A DNA stretch of 64,000 nucleotides from Myxococcota bacterium (GTDB taxonomy: Bacteria > Myxococcota_A > Polyangia > Nannocystales > Nannocystaceae). The stretch covers positions 128,001 through 192,000 of the forward strand of contig JBCCHT010000018.1 of assembly GCA_039028615.1 (NCBI GenBank), written 5' to 3'. A program made the position numbers and the translations under genes. Below, in pieces: positions 17,995-27,213 of the stretch (positions are counted from its first letter, which is position 1; every line of letters starts with the position of its first letter). The notes under the pieces were generated by a model, which saw only the letters and a program-made list of their open reading frames with translations, was not told the origin of the DNA and did no database searches.

Positions 17995-19830
17995 CTACTC
18001 GACGGTGACCGACTTGGCCAGGTTTCGCGGCTGGTCGACGTCGGTCCCCTTGAGCACGGCCACGTGATAGGCGAGCAGCTGCAAGGGGATGGTGGCGAGG
18101 ATCGGCTGGAACACCTCGTCGACGTCGGGGAGCAGGATGACGTCGTTGGCGATGTCGGCGATGTGGCTGTCGCCCACCGTGGCCAGCGCGATGATCTTGC
18201 CGCCGCGGGCCCGCACCTCTTCGAGGTTGGACACGACCTTCTCGTAGCCGGGGCCGCTGAGGGCCACGCCGACCACGGGGAGCTCTTCGTCGACCAGCGC
18301 GATGGGGCCGTGCTTCATCTCGCCGCTGGCGTAGCCCTCGGCGTGCACGTACGAGATTTCCTTGAGCTTCAGCGCGCCCTCGAGAGCCACGGGGAAGCCG
18401 AGGCCGCGACCGAGGTAGAGGAAGTCCCGGGCGTTCATGTAGCGGCGCGCGACGACCTGCATGGCCGACAGCTGCCCCAGCACGTTGGCGGCGTGCTCGG
18501 GCACGGCCGAGAGCCCCTCGAGCAGCTCGCGGATGCGCGCCTCGGGCAGGTGACCGCTGCGCTTGCCGAGGTGAATGGCCAGCAGCGTCAGCATGGTGAG
18601 CTGGCTGGTGAACGCCTTGGTCGAGGCCACGCTGATCTCGGGCCCCGCGTGGGTGTAGACCACATGGTGCGCCGCGCGGGCGATGGACGAGCCCACCACG
18701 TTGCAGATGGTGAGGGTGCGAGCGCCGAGGCGTCGGGCCTCTTGTAGCGCGGCCAGGGTGTCGGCCGTCTCGCCCGACTGGGAGATCGCCACGACGAGGT
18801 CGTTGTCGCCGATGATCGGCTCTCGGTAGCGGAACTCGGAGGCCAGATCGACCTCGACCGGGATCCGAGCGAGGCGCTCGATCATGTACTTGCCGGCCAA
18901 GCCCGCGTGCCACGAGGTGCCGCAGGCGACGATGGTCACCTTGTTGAGGTTGCCGACGTCGAGGTCGAGCCCGTCGAGGTTCACGTCGGCTTCGCCCATC
19001 TGGATGCGGCCGGCCAGCGTGTCGCTGATGACCTGGGGCTGCTCGTGGACCTCCTTGAGCATGAAGTGGCGATAGCCCTGGCGCTCGGCCGCGACCGGGC
19101 TCCAGTCGATCCATCGCTCGGGGCGCTCCACCGGCTTGCCCTCGGCGTCGTGCACGGTGATGCCCGTGCGGGTGACCAGGGCGGTGTCGCCATCGTCGAG
19201 GTCGACCACGCGGCGGGTGTGGCTGAGCATGGCCGCGACGTCGGAGCCCACGAAGTTCTCGCCGCCGTCCTCGTCTTCGCCCAGGCCGATCAGCAACGGG
19301 GCGTTGTTGCGGGCGGCCACGATCTCGCCCTGGTGGTCGTCGTGCAGCACGCAGATGGCCCAGGTGCCACGCACGCCTTCGAGGGCTCGGGCCACCGCGG
19401 CTCGCAGATCACCGCCGTGCTTTTGGACCTGCTGCTCGACGAGGTGGGCGAAGATCTCGCTGTCGGTGTCGCTGCCGAAGGTCCGGCCCGACTCGCTGAG
19501 CCGCGCCCGCAGCTCCATGTGGTTTTCGATGATGCCGTTGTGCACCACGGAGACCTTGCCCTGGCGGTGCGGGTGGGCATTTTGCTCGGACGGCGGACCA
19601 TGGGTGGCCCAGCGGGTGTGGCCGATGCCCGTCGTGCCGCCGACCGGCTCACGCTCGAGCAACGAGGCCAGGTGCTTGAGCTTGCCCTCGGCCCGCGCGA
19701 TCCGGGTGGAGCTGCCGTCTTGCACGGCGACGCCCGCCGAGTCGTAGCCCCGATATTCGAGACGCCGCAGGCCCTCCAGCAAAAGGGGAGCCGCTTGTTG
19801 GTGACCGGTATAGCCGACGATTCCGCACAT
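17995..19830 (-). CDS. glmS: Glutamine--fructose-6-phosphate aminotransferase
   Basis: MCGIVGY, EYRGYDSAG, GHTRWATHG, SQSGETADT, VASTKAF, DQPRNLAKSVTVE. Confidence 0.99.
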   Translation of the reverse strand: MCGIVGYTGHQQAAPLLLEGLRRLEYRGYDSAGVAVQDGSSTRIARAEGKLKHLASLLEREPVGGTTGIGHTRWATHGPPSEQNAHPHRQGKVSVVHNGIIENHMELRARLSESGRTFGSDTDSEIFAHLVEQQVQKHGGDLRAAVARALEGVRGTWAICVLHDDHQGEIVAARNNAPLLIGLGEDEDGGENFVGSDVAAMLSHTRRVVDLDDGDTALVTRTGITVHDAEGKPVERPERWIDWSPVAAERQGYRHFMLKEVHEQPQVISDTLAGRIQMGEADVNLDGLDLDVGNLNKVTIVACGTSWHAGLAGKYMIERLARIPVEVDLASEFRYREPIIGDNDLVVAISQSGETADTLAALQEARRLGARTLTICNVVGSSIARAAHHVVYTHAGPEISVASTKAFTSQLTMLTLLAIHLGKRSGHLPEARIRELLEGLSAVPEHAANVLGQLSAMQVVARRYMNARDFLYLGRGLGFPVALEGALKLKEISYVHAEGYASGEMKHGPIALVDEELPVVGVALSGPGYEKVVSNLEEVRARGGKIIALATVGDSHIADIANDVILLPDVDEVFQPILATIPLQLLAYHVAVLKGTDVDQPRNLAKSVTVE

Positions 19831-19963
19831 GAGCTTGGCTGCGCGCCAGCATAGGCCGAAACGCAGCGCGGGCCCAGCCTCCCGAGGAGGTCGGGCCGGT
19901 CCGAGACCGGTCGCCGCACCTCGGGAATCCGAGCCCGCGTTCGCGCGTAGGGGGCAGGTTTGT

Positions 19964-20464
19964 CTACCGCACCGTGATATCGATCTCGTCGATGATCTGA
20001 GGCTCGATGATGCGGTGATCGGCCCCGTGGAGCCGAGCCATGATCACGTGCGGCCCAGGATCGGCCTCCACCACGACTTCGCCCGTGGAGGTGGTGATCG
20101 TGCCGATCGGGTTGCTCATGAAGTCGTCGAGGTACACGTGCACGTGACCTTCGCGCGGGCCGTGGTACGCGTCCCCGTCGGCGAGCGGGTCGTTCCCTGC
20201 CACCAGCGGGGGGTCGAAGTCGAGCTCGAGGTTGTCGTGATCATGATCGTGGTCGTGATCGTGATCGTCGTGGTCACCGCCCGCTTCGCCCGTGAGCGTG
20301 AAGTGCTCGATGGTGAACGTGAGCGTGACGGTGTCGCCCGAGTCGAGCTCGGTCACGTCCGCTTCCGCCATGAGGGTGGGTGCCGGCTCTTCCTCTTCGG
20401 GGGTGTCGCACCCGAAGGCACTGGTCGCGAGAACGACGGCGAACAACGAACTGACAATACGCAT
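19964..20464 (-). CDS. His-rich putative metal-binding lipoprotein
   Basis: Lipobox AFGC; DHDDHDHDHDHDHD tract; GHVHVYLD and HVIMARLHGADH. Confidence 0.75.
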   Translation of the reverse strand: MRIVSSLFAVVLATSAFGCDTPEEEEPAPTLMAEADVTELDSGDTVTLTFTIEHFTLTGEAGGDHDDHDHDHDHDHDNLELDFDPPLVAGNDPLADGDAYHGPREGHVHVYLDDFMSNPIGTITTSTGEVVVEADPGPHVIMARLHGADHRIIEPQIIDEIDITVR

Positions 20465-20618
20465 GGCGGTCCCTATCCTTCCGCTCCCGGCATAGCTCAA
20501 GCGTGAGTCACGCACAAGGCGACGTGCGGTCGCACCCGTTTCACGAGGGTTTGCGATGCCCAACTCAGGACTGTTCATTCAATTGTGTTGGGATGCACAC
20601 GGGCCGTAGCCTGGGAAC

Positions 20619-22556
20619 GTGGCTTCGCTTCGGTTCGCGTTTTTTGGTTTCGCACTCGTACCGCTGTTCATCGCGTCGTGCTTCAACCCTCCCGTTGGCG
20701 GCGGCGGCACCGAGACCGATGACGCAACGACCGGTGGGTGTACGCCGAACGTCGTGCGCGAGTGCACCTGCCCCGACGGCGCGATGGGGCTCGAGACCTG
20801 CGTCGGCGGCATCGACTTCAGCGACTGCCAGTGCGACGCGCTCGCCACCACCACCACCGATGCGACCGCCGACGAGACCGCGGCCCCCGAGTGTCTCAAC
20901 GACGAGGACTGCGCCGATCAGGCATCCGAGTGCGTGGGCGCGACCTGTGACGGGGGTGTGTGCGTCGTGGAAAACCTGGCCGCAGGGACCGCCTGTGGTG
21001 ACTCGGCCGATGGCGAGTGCGACGGCGCCGACACCTGCGATGGACGCGGCGCATGCAGCACCAACGTCGCCGCCGATGGCGTCGAGTGCAGCACCTGCGA
21101 AGGCGACGTGTGCAGCTGCGTCGAAGGGGCGTGCGGGGAGTGCCCCGGGTTCGCAGCGACCAACGAGTTCCTGACCCCGCGCTCGATCGCGGGCTGGGAG
21201 CTCGAGGGCGGCTGGGGGTTGTTCACCGCCGCGCCCGCCACCTTCGCGAGCGCGGCCGTTACCTTTACCGGTCAGGTCTTCGGCACCGACGGCAACCGGG
21301 TCTCGCCCTATCCCGGGGCGCAGCTCGAGGCCTCGCTCGCCCGCACGCGGCCGACCGTGCTGCCGGCCGAGCTCGAGTTCCAGTCATGGCACGTCGACGA
21401 AGGCGGGATCATCGGGCCACAGCCCGCGGCCTTCGATAGCAAGCGGGTCAGCGTCTCCACCGACGGCGGCGAGACCTGGACGGTCCTGGCCGACTGCAGC
21501 GACGGCAGCGAGGTGCCGCCCGCGTTCTGTGGTCCGCGTCTCGACGAACGATCGGCCACCGACTGGGACGCGATCGCGTTGCCCGTGCCGCCCGAGCTCG
21601 TGGGCGAGATGGGCATCGTGGAGTTCGCCTACGACACCCTCGACGAATGCTGCGACGTCGAGCGGGGCTGGTACATCGACTCGCTCAACTTCGCGACCGA
21701 GTGCGACTGCATCTCCGACGCGGCCTGTGCTGCCTACGACAGCGATTGTGGGATCGCCGAGTGCTTCAACACCGGGGCGTGTGCCTTCATGTCCGAGCCG
21801 CAGGGCACCAAGTGCGGCGACGCGACCAGCAGCTGGTGCGACGGCGCGGATACCTGCAACTCGACCGGCCAGTGCCTGACCAACGTGCGGCCGTCCGTCA
21901 CCTCGACCTGTGAGGACTGCGCGTCGGGTTCGTGCACGGTCTGCGAGGCGGGGACCTGTGGCGACTGCAGTGCCACCGTCAACGAGTTCGACGGGCCCTC
22001 GGCCATCGACGGCTGGACCATCACCTCGTTGCAAGACGGTGAGCCCGCGGGGTGGGGCGTGTACCCGGTCGTACCGCGTGCCCAGAACTTCGACCCGATG
22101 ATGATCGACGGCGGCGTGCTGCAAGGGGCGCCCGCGCTCGGCAACGACGGCAACCGCGTGCGCGACTACCCGGGCGCGCACGTCGAAGAGTCGACCATCG
22201 TCTCGCCGGTCGACGTCGTCCCGGAGACCCTGACCTTCGACTCGTGGCACGTCGACGAAGGTGGATCCGGCGGGCAGTTCGACACCAAGATCATCGAGAT
22301 CTCGACGGACGGGGGTGCCGACTGGGAGACGCTGGTCAACTGCACGGCAGAGGCCGACGGCACGCCGTTCTTGTTCTGCCTCCCCGAACCGGTGGGGCGG
22401 GCGATGGACGACTGGGATCCGATCTCGATCGACCTCGGTCCCTGGGCAGGGCAGATGGGGCAGCTGCGCCTGACCTATTCTACGGGGGATTCTTGTTGCG
22501 GCTTCGAGCGAGGTTGGTTCATCGACAACCTCAACTTCGCCGTGCCGTGCGACTGA
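20619..22556 (+). CDS. Cys-rich lipoprotein with two copies of a beta-sandwich/Asp-box domain
   Basis: Lipobox IASC; CDGADTC modules; duplicated SWHVDEGG..FD.K...STDGG..W...CC..ERGW.ID.LNFA. Confidence 0.85.
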   Translation: MASLRFAFFGFALVPLFIASCFNPPVGGGGTETDDATTGGCTPNVVRECTCPDGAMGLETCVGGIDFSDCQCDALATTTTDATADETAAPECLNDEDCADQASECVGATCDGGVCVVENLAAGTACGDSADGECDGADTCDGRGACSTNVAADGVECSTCEGDVCSCVEGACGECPGFAATNEFLTPRSIAGWELEGGWGLFTAAPATFASAAVTFTGQVFGTDGNRVSPYPGAQLEASLARTRPTVLPAELEFQSWHVDEGGIIGPQPAAFDSKRVSVSTDGGETWTVLADCSDGSEVPPAFCGPRLDERSATDWDAIALPVPPELVGEMGIVEFAYDTLDECCDVERGWYIDSLNFATECDCISDAACAAYDSDCGIAECFNTGACAFMSEPQGTKCGDATSSWCDGADTCNSTGQCLTNVRPSVTSTCEDCASGSCTVCEAGTCGDCSATVNEFDGPSAIDGWTITSLQDGEPAGWGVYPVVPRAQNFDPMMIDGGVLQGAPALGNDGNRVRDYPGAHVEESTIVSPVDVVPETLTFDSWHVDEGGSGGQFDTKIIEISTDGGADWETLVNCTAEADGTPFLFCLPEPVGRAMDDWDPISIDLGPWAGQMGQLRLTYSTGDSCCGFERGWFIDNLNFAVPCD

Positions 22557-22730
22557 CGGCGTCGCGACGGGAGGTGATGCGGCCGGGCCGACGACGACTC
22601 GTTTGGGGGCGAGACGTCTGGGGGCGGGTCAGTCCGAGTCGACGACGACCCGGCCGTTGGGGGCAAGACGTGGGAAAAAACGAGGAGGCGCCGGGTCGGG
22701 TCGACGGCGACCCGGCGAGAGGGTGGGAGG

Positions 22731-23111
22731 CTAGACGGCGGGCTGCGCTGCGGCGGGGTAGGCCGCGTTGGGCTGAGCGGCACCCGACACGATGGACTGC
22801 ATGGCGGCACCGACCTCTTGCTGCGAGGCCTTTTGTCCCTTGTGCACGGTCAGCAGGAAGATCAGCATCGGGATGAGGATGCCGAGCAAGACCAGCGAGA
22901 GCACGAAGACCATCTGCAGGCCCATGCTGGGGAAGGCGCCCTGGATGATGAGCTTGTTCTTGCGGAAGAACACGGTGGCTCCGACCGCGGACGACTTCTC
23001 TGCCACCAGGATGCTCTTGCCACGCATGCTGAACTTGTAGCCGGGCAGCATCGCGGTGAGCGTGGGGATGACGGACTGGGGATCGATGGGCTGGGAGATT
23101 GCGACCTTCAT
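22731..23111 (-). CDS. Small hypothetical membrane protein
   Basis: GAGGA RBS; one long hydrophobic segment; GC3-rich codons. Confidence 0.7.
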   Translation of the reverse strand: MKVAISQPIDPQSVIPTLTAMLPGYKFSMRGKSILVAEKSSAVGATVFFRKNKLIIQGAFPSMGLQMVFVLSLVLLGILIPMLIFLLTVHKGQKASQQEVGAAMQSIVSGAAQPNAAYPAAAQPAV

Positions 23112-23236
23112 TGTTTCTTCGTCCTCGGGGGGCAAGACGAAGCGAAGCGGCCCAGGTTGCACGCTGGCTGCGACAACCAGGGGAAACCGTCGTCAGGGGA
23201 TCGGCGATCGCGGGCTACGGGCGCACCGCGGACATG

Positions 23237-23277
23237 AAAATGGCCGTACATGCCCGAATTCGGGCACGTACGGCCAT
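23237..23277 (-). terminator. Probable intrinsic terminator downstream of pyrF
   Basis: 38-bp near-perfect palindrome ATGGCCGTACATGCCCGAATTCGGGCACGTACGGCCAT; the single mismatch is G-U on the minus strand, and the 3' arm runs into UUUU. Confidence 0.6.
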
Positions 23278-23300
23278 CAGGGGTCGTGTCGGGAGCGGGC

Positions 23301-24011
23301 CTACAGTGCGGCCGCGATCTCGCCGACGATGGCATCGGCCGCGGCGGCGGGGTCGTCCGCCGTGCGGATGGGTCGGCCCACCACCAGGTGCGTCGCCCCG
23401 TCGGCGATGGCTCGGGCGGGGGTCATCACTCGCTTCTGATCGCCGACGTCGGCCCCCGCGGGACGAATGCCCGGCACCACGCGGAACAGGTTCGGGGCCA
23501 CCTCGACCACGCCCTCGAGCTCTTGCCCGCTGCACACGATGCCCGCACACCCGGCTTCGCGGGCACACGCCGCGCGCTTGACCACCAGCTCGGCCGGCGT
23601 GCGAGTGTGCCCCGCTTCCTCGCAGGCCTTCAGGTCTTGGCTGGTCAGCACGGTGACGGCCAGGATGCCCATCGAGTCGCCCGCCTCTTCCACGCAGGCG
23701 CGCAGGTGATCGACGCCGCTGCCCGCATGCACGGTGATGAAGCGAACCCCGAGGTTCTTCGCGCTGTTGATCGCCCCGCGCATCGTGTTGGGGATGTCGT
23801 GCAGCTTGAGGTCGAGGAAGATCTCGAGCTCGGGGTGGGCCTTTCGGATCTGGCGGACCACGTTGGGTCCCTCGGCGACGAACAGCTGGAGGCCGATCTT
23901 CAGCATGCCGACGTGGCCGGCCAGACGTCCCGCCAAGGCGAGCGCTTCGGCTTCGGTCGAGACATCGAGCGCGGCGATCAATCGTTCCCGGGCGTTCGGC
24001 GAGGAGCTCAT
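23301..24011 (-). CDS. pyrF: Orotidine-5'-phosphate decarboxylase
   Basis: LIAALD, KIGLQLF, FLDLKLHDIPNT, VTVLTS, VPGIRP, DQKRVMTP, LVVGRPI. Confidence 0.98.
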   Translation of the reverse strand: MSSSPNARERLIAALDVSTEAEALALAGRLAGHVGMLKIGLQLFVAEGPNVVRQIRKAHPELEIFLDLKLHDIPNTMRGAINSAKNLGVRFITVHAGSGVDHLRACVEEAGDSMGILAVTVLTSQDLKACEEAGHTRTPAELVVKRAACAREAGCAGIVCSGQELEGVVEVAPNLFRVVPGIRPAGADVGDQKRVMTPARAIADGATHLVVGRPIRTADDPAAAADAIVGEIAAAL

Positions 24012-24078
24012 GCCCGGGCTTTTAGCAGGAGTTGGTGCGGTTGCGTGGGATCGACCCGCGGGGCATGCTCGCGTCGAA

Positions 24079-25890
24079 ATGGCGGAACAGCCCCACGGAG
24101 CCGATCCGCTCGACGAAACGATCGGCAGCGACGATCCCGCGGTGACCGATCCCACGCTGGACGCGGGCGAAGCCACTCCCGCTGCAGCCGCCGCGCTCGC
24201 GAGCGCCGAGCCCCCGACGGTGTTGGGTCGCCATCGGCTGGTGCGCAAGCTCGGCGAAGGTGGCATGGGCATCGTGCACCTCGCCCACGACGAGCAGCTC
24301 GATCGCCCCGTCGCGATCAAGCTGCTCCAGCCCGAGGGCGACTCGCGGCGACTGCTGCGAGAGGCCCGCTCGATGGCACGGCTGTCGCACCCGCACATCG
24401 CCGCCGTCTACGACGTGGGCACCACCGACGACGGCCAGGTCTACGTGGCCATGGAGTACGTCGAGGGGCCCACTCTGCGCACGTGGCTGAAGGCGTCGCA
24501 CCCCTGGGCCGAGCGCTACGAGGTCTTGCTGCAGGCGGCACGCGGTCTGGCGGCGGCCCATGCCGCGGGCGTGGTGCATCGCGATTTCAAGCCCGACAAC
24601 GTGATCGTGGGCGATGACGGCCGGGTGCGGGTGCTGGACTTTGGTCTCGCCAAGCTCGCGCCGCGCACGATGAGCACCAACGCCTCGACCACCGAGACTC
24701 AAGCGGGATCGATCGTCGGCACGCCACGCTACATGGCGCCCGAGCAGCTGCGGACGCAGCCCGCGGGGCCGGCCGCCGACCAGTTTGCCCTGTGCGTCAC
24801 CGCGTACGAGATGGCCTACGACGATCGCCCGTTTCTCGGCGAGGTGTTTGCCGATCTCGTGGTCTCCGTGCTGACCCAGCCGCCCCGCGAACCGAAGGGC
24901 ACCCCCGAGGTCCCCGATGCGCTGTGGCCCGTGCTGCTGCGGGGCTTCGCCGTCGATCCCGAGCAGCGGCACTCCGACATGCAAGCGCTGGTCAGTGCGC
25001 TCGAAGCCGTGGCGGGGGCACCCGAGTCGAACGGCTCCGTCACCTCGCGCCCGGCCCTGCGGGACGCCCGGGAAGACGCCCGCAACCGGCTGACCACCGC
25101 CTTTGCCGAGGATCTCATCGACGCCGACGAGATCGACGAACGCCTCGAGCGACTCGAGAACGCCCAAGACCGCGGCAGCGTCGAGGCCTTGGTTCTCGAC
25201 CTCGTGCCCGCGGGGGAGGCCCTCGTGCCGCTGGCGGGCACCGAGCCCTCGGACGCCCTGGCCTTTCGCAAGGCGGTCGAGCCGGCGATCCGCGAAGAGG
25301 AGCAGGCCCTCGCTCTCGCCGTGCCCGAGACCGGTCGCATCGTTGCCGCCTTCTCCGGCTCGCGGCGGGGTGGCAACTGGGTGCCCGCGCGGCTCAACAA
25401 GGTCATCGCCGTGTGCGGGGCGGCCACGCTCGATCTACGCGAGGCCAAGCTGCCCCCCGGGGAGATCGAGATCCGCGTCCGCGTGGTCTTTGGAGGCCTC
25501 GAGATCATCGCCCCGCCCGGAGTCGAGGTGCGGCTCGAGTGCACCTCGCTGTTCGCGGGCGCCGGCCAAGAAGACCCCACCGAGCCGCCCGATCCCAACG
25601 CCACCATCGTGCGGGTGACCGGTGTCGTCATGTTCGGTGGGCTCACCGTCGAAGAGCGTTTTCCCGGCGAGCGAGCTTCGGCCGCGCGCAAGCGTCGGCG
25701 GGCACATCGGCGGGCGCTGACCAAGGCCGCCAAGGCGAAGGCTAAGGCGCTCGGTCCCGCCAAGCACGACTCCGACGACAGCCATCGCCAGCGGCGCAAA
25801 CGCGACGACTCCGACGACAGTCATCGCCAGCGACGCAAACGACACGATTCCGACGACAGCCATCGCAAGCGCAAGAAGAAGCGTCGCTGA
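24079..25890 (+). CDS. Ser/Thr protein kinase fused to DUF1707-like and LiaF/DUF2154-like domains
   Basis: LGEGGMGIV, VAIK, HRDFKPDN, DFGLAK, GTPRYMAPE; then REDARNRLTTAFAEDLIDADEIDERLE and AAFSGSRRGGNW...GAATLDLREA...FGGLEIIAP. Confidence 0.9.
   Translation: MAEQPHGADPLDETIGSDDPAVTDPTLDAGEATPAAAAALASAEPPTVLGRHRLVRKLGEGGMGIVHLAHDEQLDRPVAIKLLQPEGDSRRLLREARSMARLSHPHIAAVYDVGTTDDGQVYVAMEYVEGPTLRTWLKASHPWAERYEVLLQAARGLAAAHAAGVVHRDFKPDNVIVGDDGRVRVLDFGLAKLAPRTMSTNASTTETQAGSIVGTPRYMAPEQLRTQPAGPAADQFALCVTAYEMAYDDRPFLGEVFADLVVSVLTQPPREPKGTPEVPDALWPVLLRGFAVDPEQRHSDMQALVSALEAVAGAPESNGSVTSRPALRDAREDARNRLTTAFAEDLIDADEIDERLERLENAQDRGSVEALVLDLVPAGEALVPLAGTEPSDALAFRKAVEPAIREEEQALALAVPETGRIVAAFSGSRRGGNWVPARLNKVIAVCGAATLDLREAKLPPGEIEIRVRVVFGGLEIIAPPGVEVRLECTSLFAGAGQEDPTEPPDPNATIVRVTGVVMFGGLTVEERFPGERASAARKRRRAHRRALTKAAKAKAKALGPAKHDSDDSHRQRRKRDDSDDSHRQRRKRHDSDDSHRKRKKKRR
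25762..25878 (+). repeat. Three 39-bp coding tandem repeats (consensus HDSDDSHRQRRKR) at the kinase C-terminus
   Basis: Units at 25762-25800, 25801-25839 and 25840-25878. Confidence 0.9.
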
Positions 25891-25936
25891 GCGGGCCGGG
25901 TTGCCGCCGCGCCGCATGCCGGGCAAGCTGCGCCGC

Positions 25937-27091
25937 ATGAGCGACGCCGATCCCTGGCAAGCGGTCTCCGATGTGCTCGAGCAGGGCATCCGCGACGGCG
26001 TCTTCCCCGGGGCCGTCGCCCTGTGCTGGCACGCGGGCGCCACCCTCTATCACGAGGCCCACGGCTCGCTCGCCAGCCACGAGAGCGCCTCCGTCAAGGA
26101 TCGCCCCGTCGAGCGCGACACCGTCTACGACCTCGGCTCGCTCACCAAGATCCTGTGCACCACCACGCTCTGCGCCCAGCTCGTCTCGCAGGGCAAGCTG
26201 TCGCTCGACGACGACGTGCCCGAGCCGTGGAACGCCGCCTGCCCCGGCGCCACACTGGCCGACCTGCTCGAGCACTGCGCTGGCCTGGCCGCCCACCGCG
26301 AGTACTTCACGCGGGTCGAGCCCTTCGATGACGACAAGGTCCTGCACCACGTCATCAACACGCCCCTCGAGTATCCGCTGCGCGAGCAATCGGTCTATAG
26401 CGACCTCGGCTTCATCATCTTGGGCAAGTGGCTCGAGCGCGTGCTCGACCTGCCGCTCGACGAAGCGTTTGCCGATCGCATCGCCTACCGCCTGGGCCTC
26501 GATGCCGGGGTGATCCCCAAGCTCGGCTTTCGGCGGCAAGTCAGCCGGGCCGCGATGGGGTGGAAGTACGAGCGCTTGGTCGCGCCGACCGAGGTCTACG
26601 AGTCGAGCCTGCATCCCGACGGCGCGCCGTCGTACCTGGAGCTGCGCAAGCCCGATGGCATTGCCCATGGGTCGGTGCACGACGACAACTGCTTCGTCAT
26701 GGGTGGTGTGGCCGGGCACGCGGGGCTCTTTGGTACGGCCGATGCGGTGTTCGAGGTCGCGTGTGCGTGGGCGGAGAATCGGGTGCCCGACGTCAGCTCG
26801 AAGGTCCGCGAGCGGTTCTGGGTGCCGAGCACGGTGCCGGGCTCGACGCGGCGGCTCGGCTTCGATGGGATTCCCGGGGATGGGAGCGGGACCACGGGTT
26901 CCGCGATGTCCGAGCACACGGTCGGGCATACCGGCTTTCCCGGGGTGACGGTGTGGATCGATCCCGCCGCCGACGGTGGTCCGAGGATCGCGATCCTGCT
27001 GACGAATCGCGTGCATCTGGGGCGGTACAACCCGGCCGGGATCCGGGGCGTGCGACAGGCCTTCCACGAAGCCGCCGTCAAGCTGCGATAG
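25937..27091 (+). CDS. Beta-lactamase-family serine hydrolase
   Basis: DLGSLTK (SxxK), YSDLGF, GSVHDDN, GVAGHAGLFGT, GHTGFPG, LLTNRVH. Confidence 0.92.
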   Translation: MSDADPWQAVSDVLEQGIRDGVFPGAVALCWHAGATLYHEAHGSLASHESASVKDRPVERDTVYDLGSLTKILCTTTLCAQLVSQGKLSLDDDVPEPWNAACPGATLADLLEHCAGLAAHREYFTRVEPFDDDKVLHHVINTPLEYPLREQSVYSDLGFIILGKWLERVLDLPLDEAFADRIAYRLGLDAGVIPKLGFRRQVSRAAMGWKYERLVAPTEVYESSLHPDGAPSYLELRKPDGIAHGSVHDDNCFVMGGVAGHAGLFGTADAVFEVACAWAENRVPDVSSKVRERFWVPSTVPGSTRRLGFDGIPGDGSGTTGSAMSEHTVGHTGFPGVTVWIDPAADGGPRIAILLTNRVHLGRYNPAGIRGVRQAFHEAAVKLR

Positions 27092-27213
27092 AGCGCCAGC
27101 GGGGCTTCGTGGGCGCCACCCATCGGTATGCGCGGGGGTCCAGCTCTTGCCCCAACTGAAAAGCGGCCGCGCGGGAGACCCGGGCGACCGCCACCATTCG
27201 CTACGGCTCGATC

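Noticed and set aside
19831..19963. glmS ribozyme
   Set aside because: The conserved ribozyme core was not found; only a GC-rich hairpin is present.
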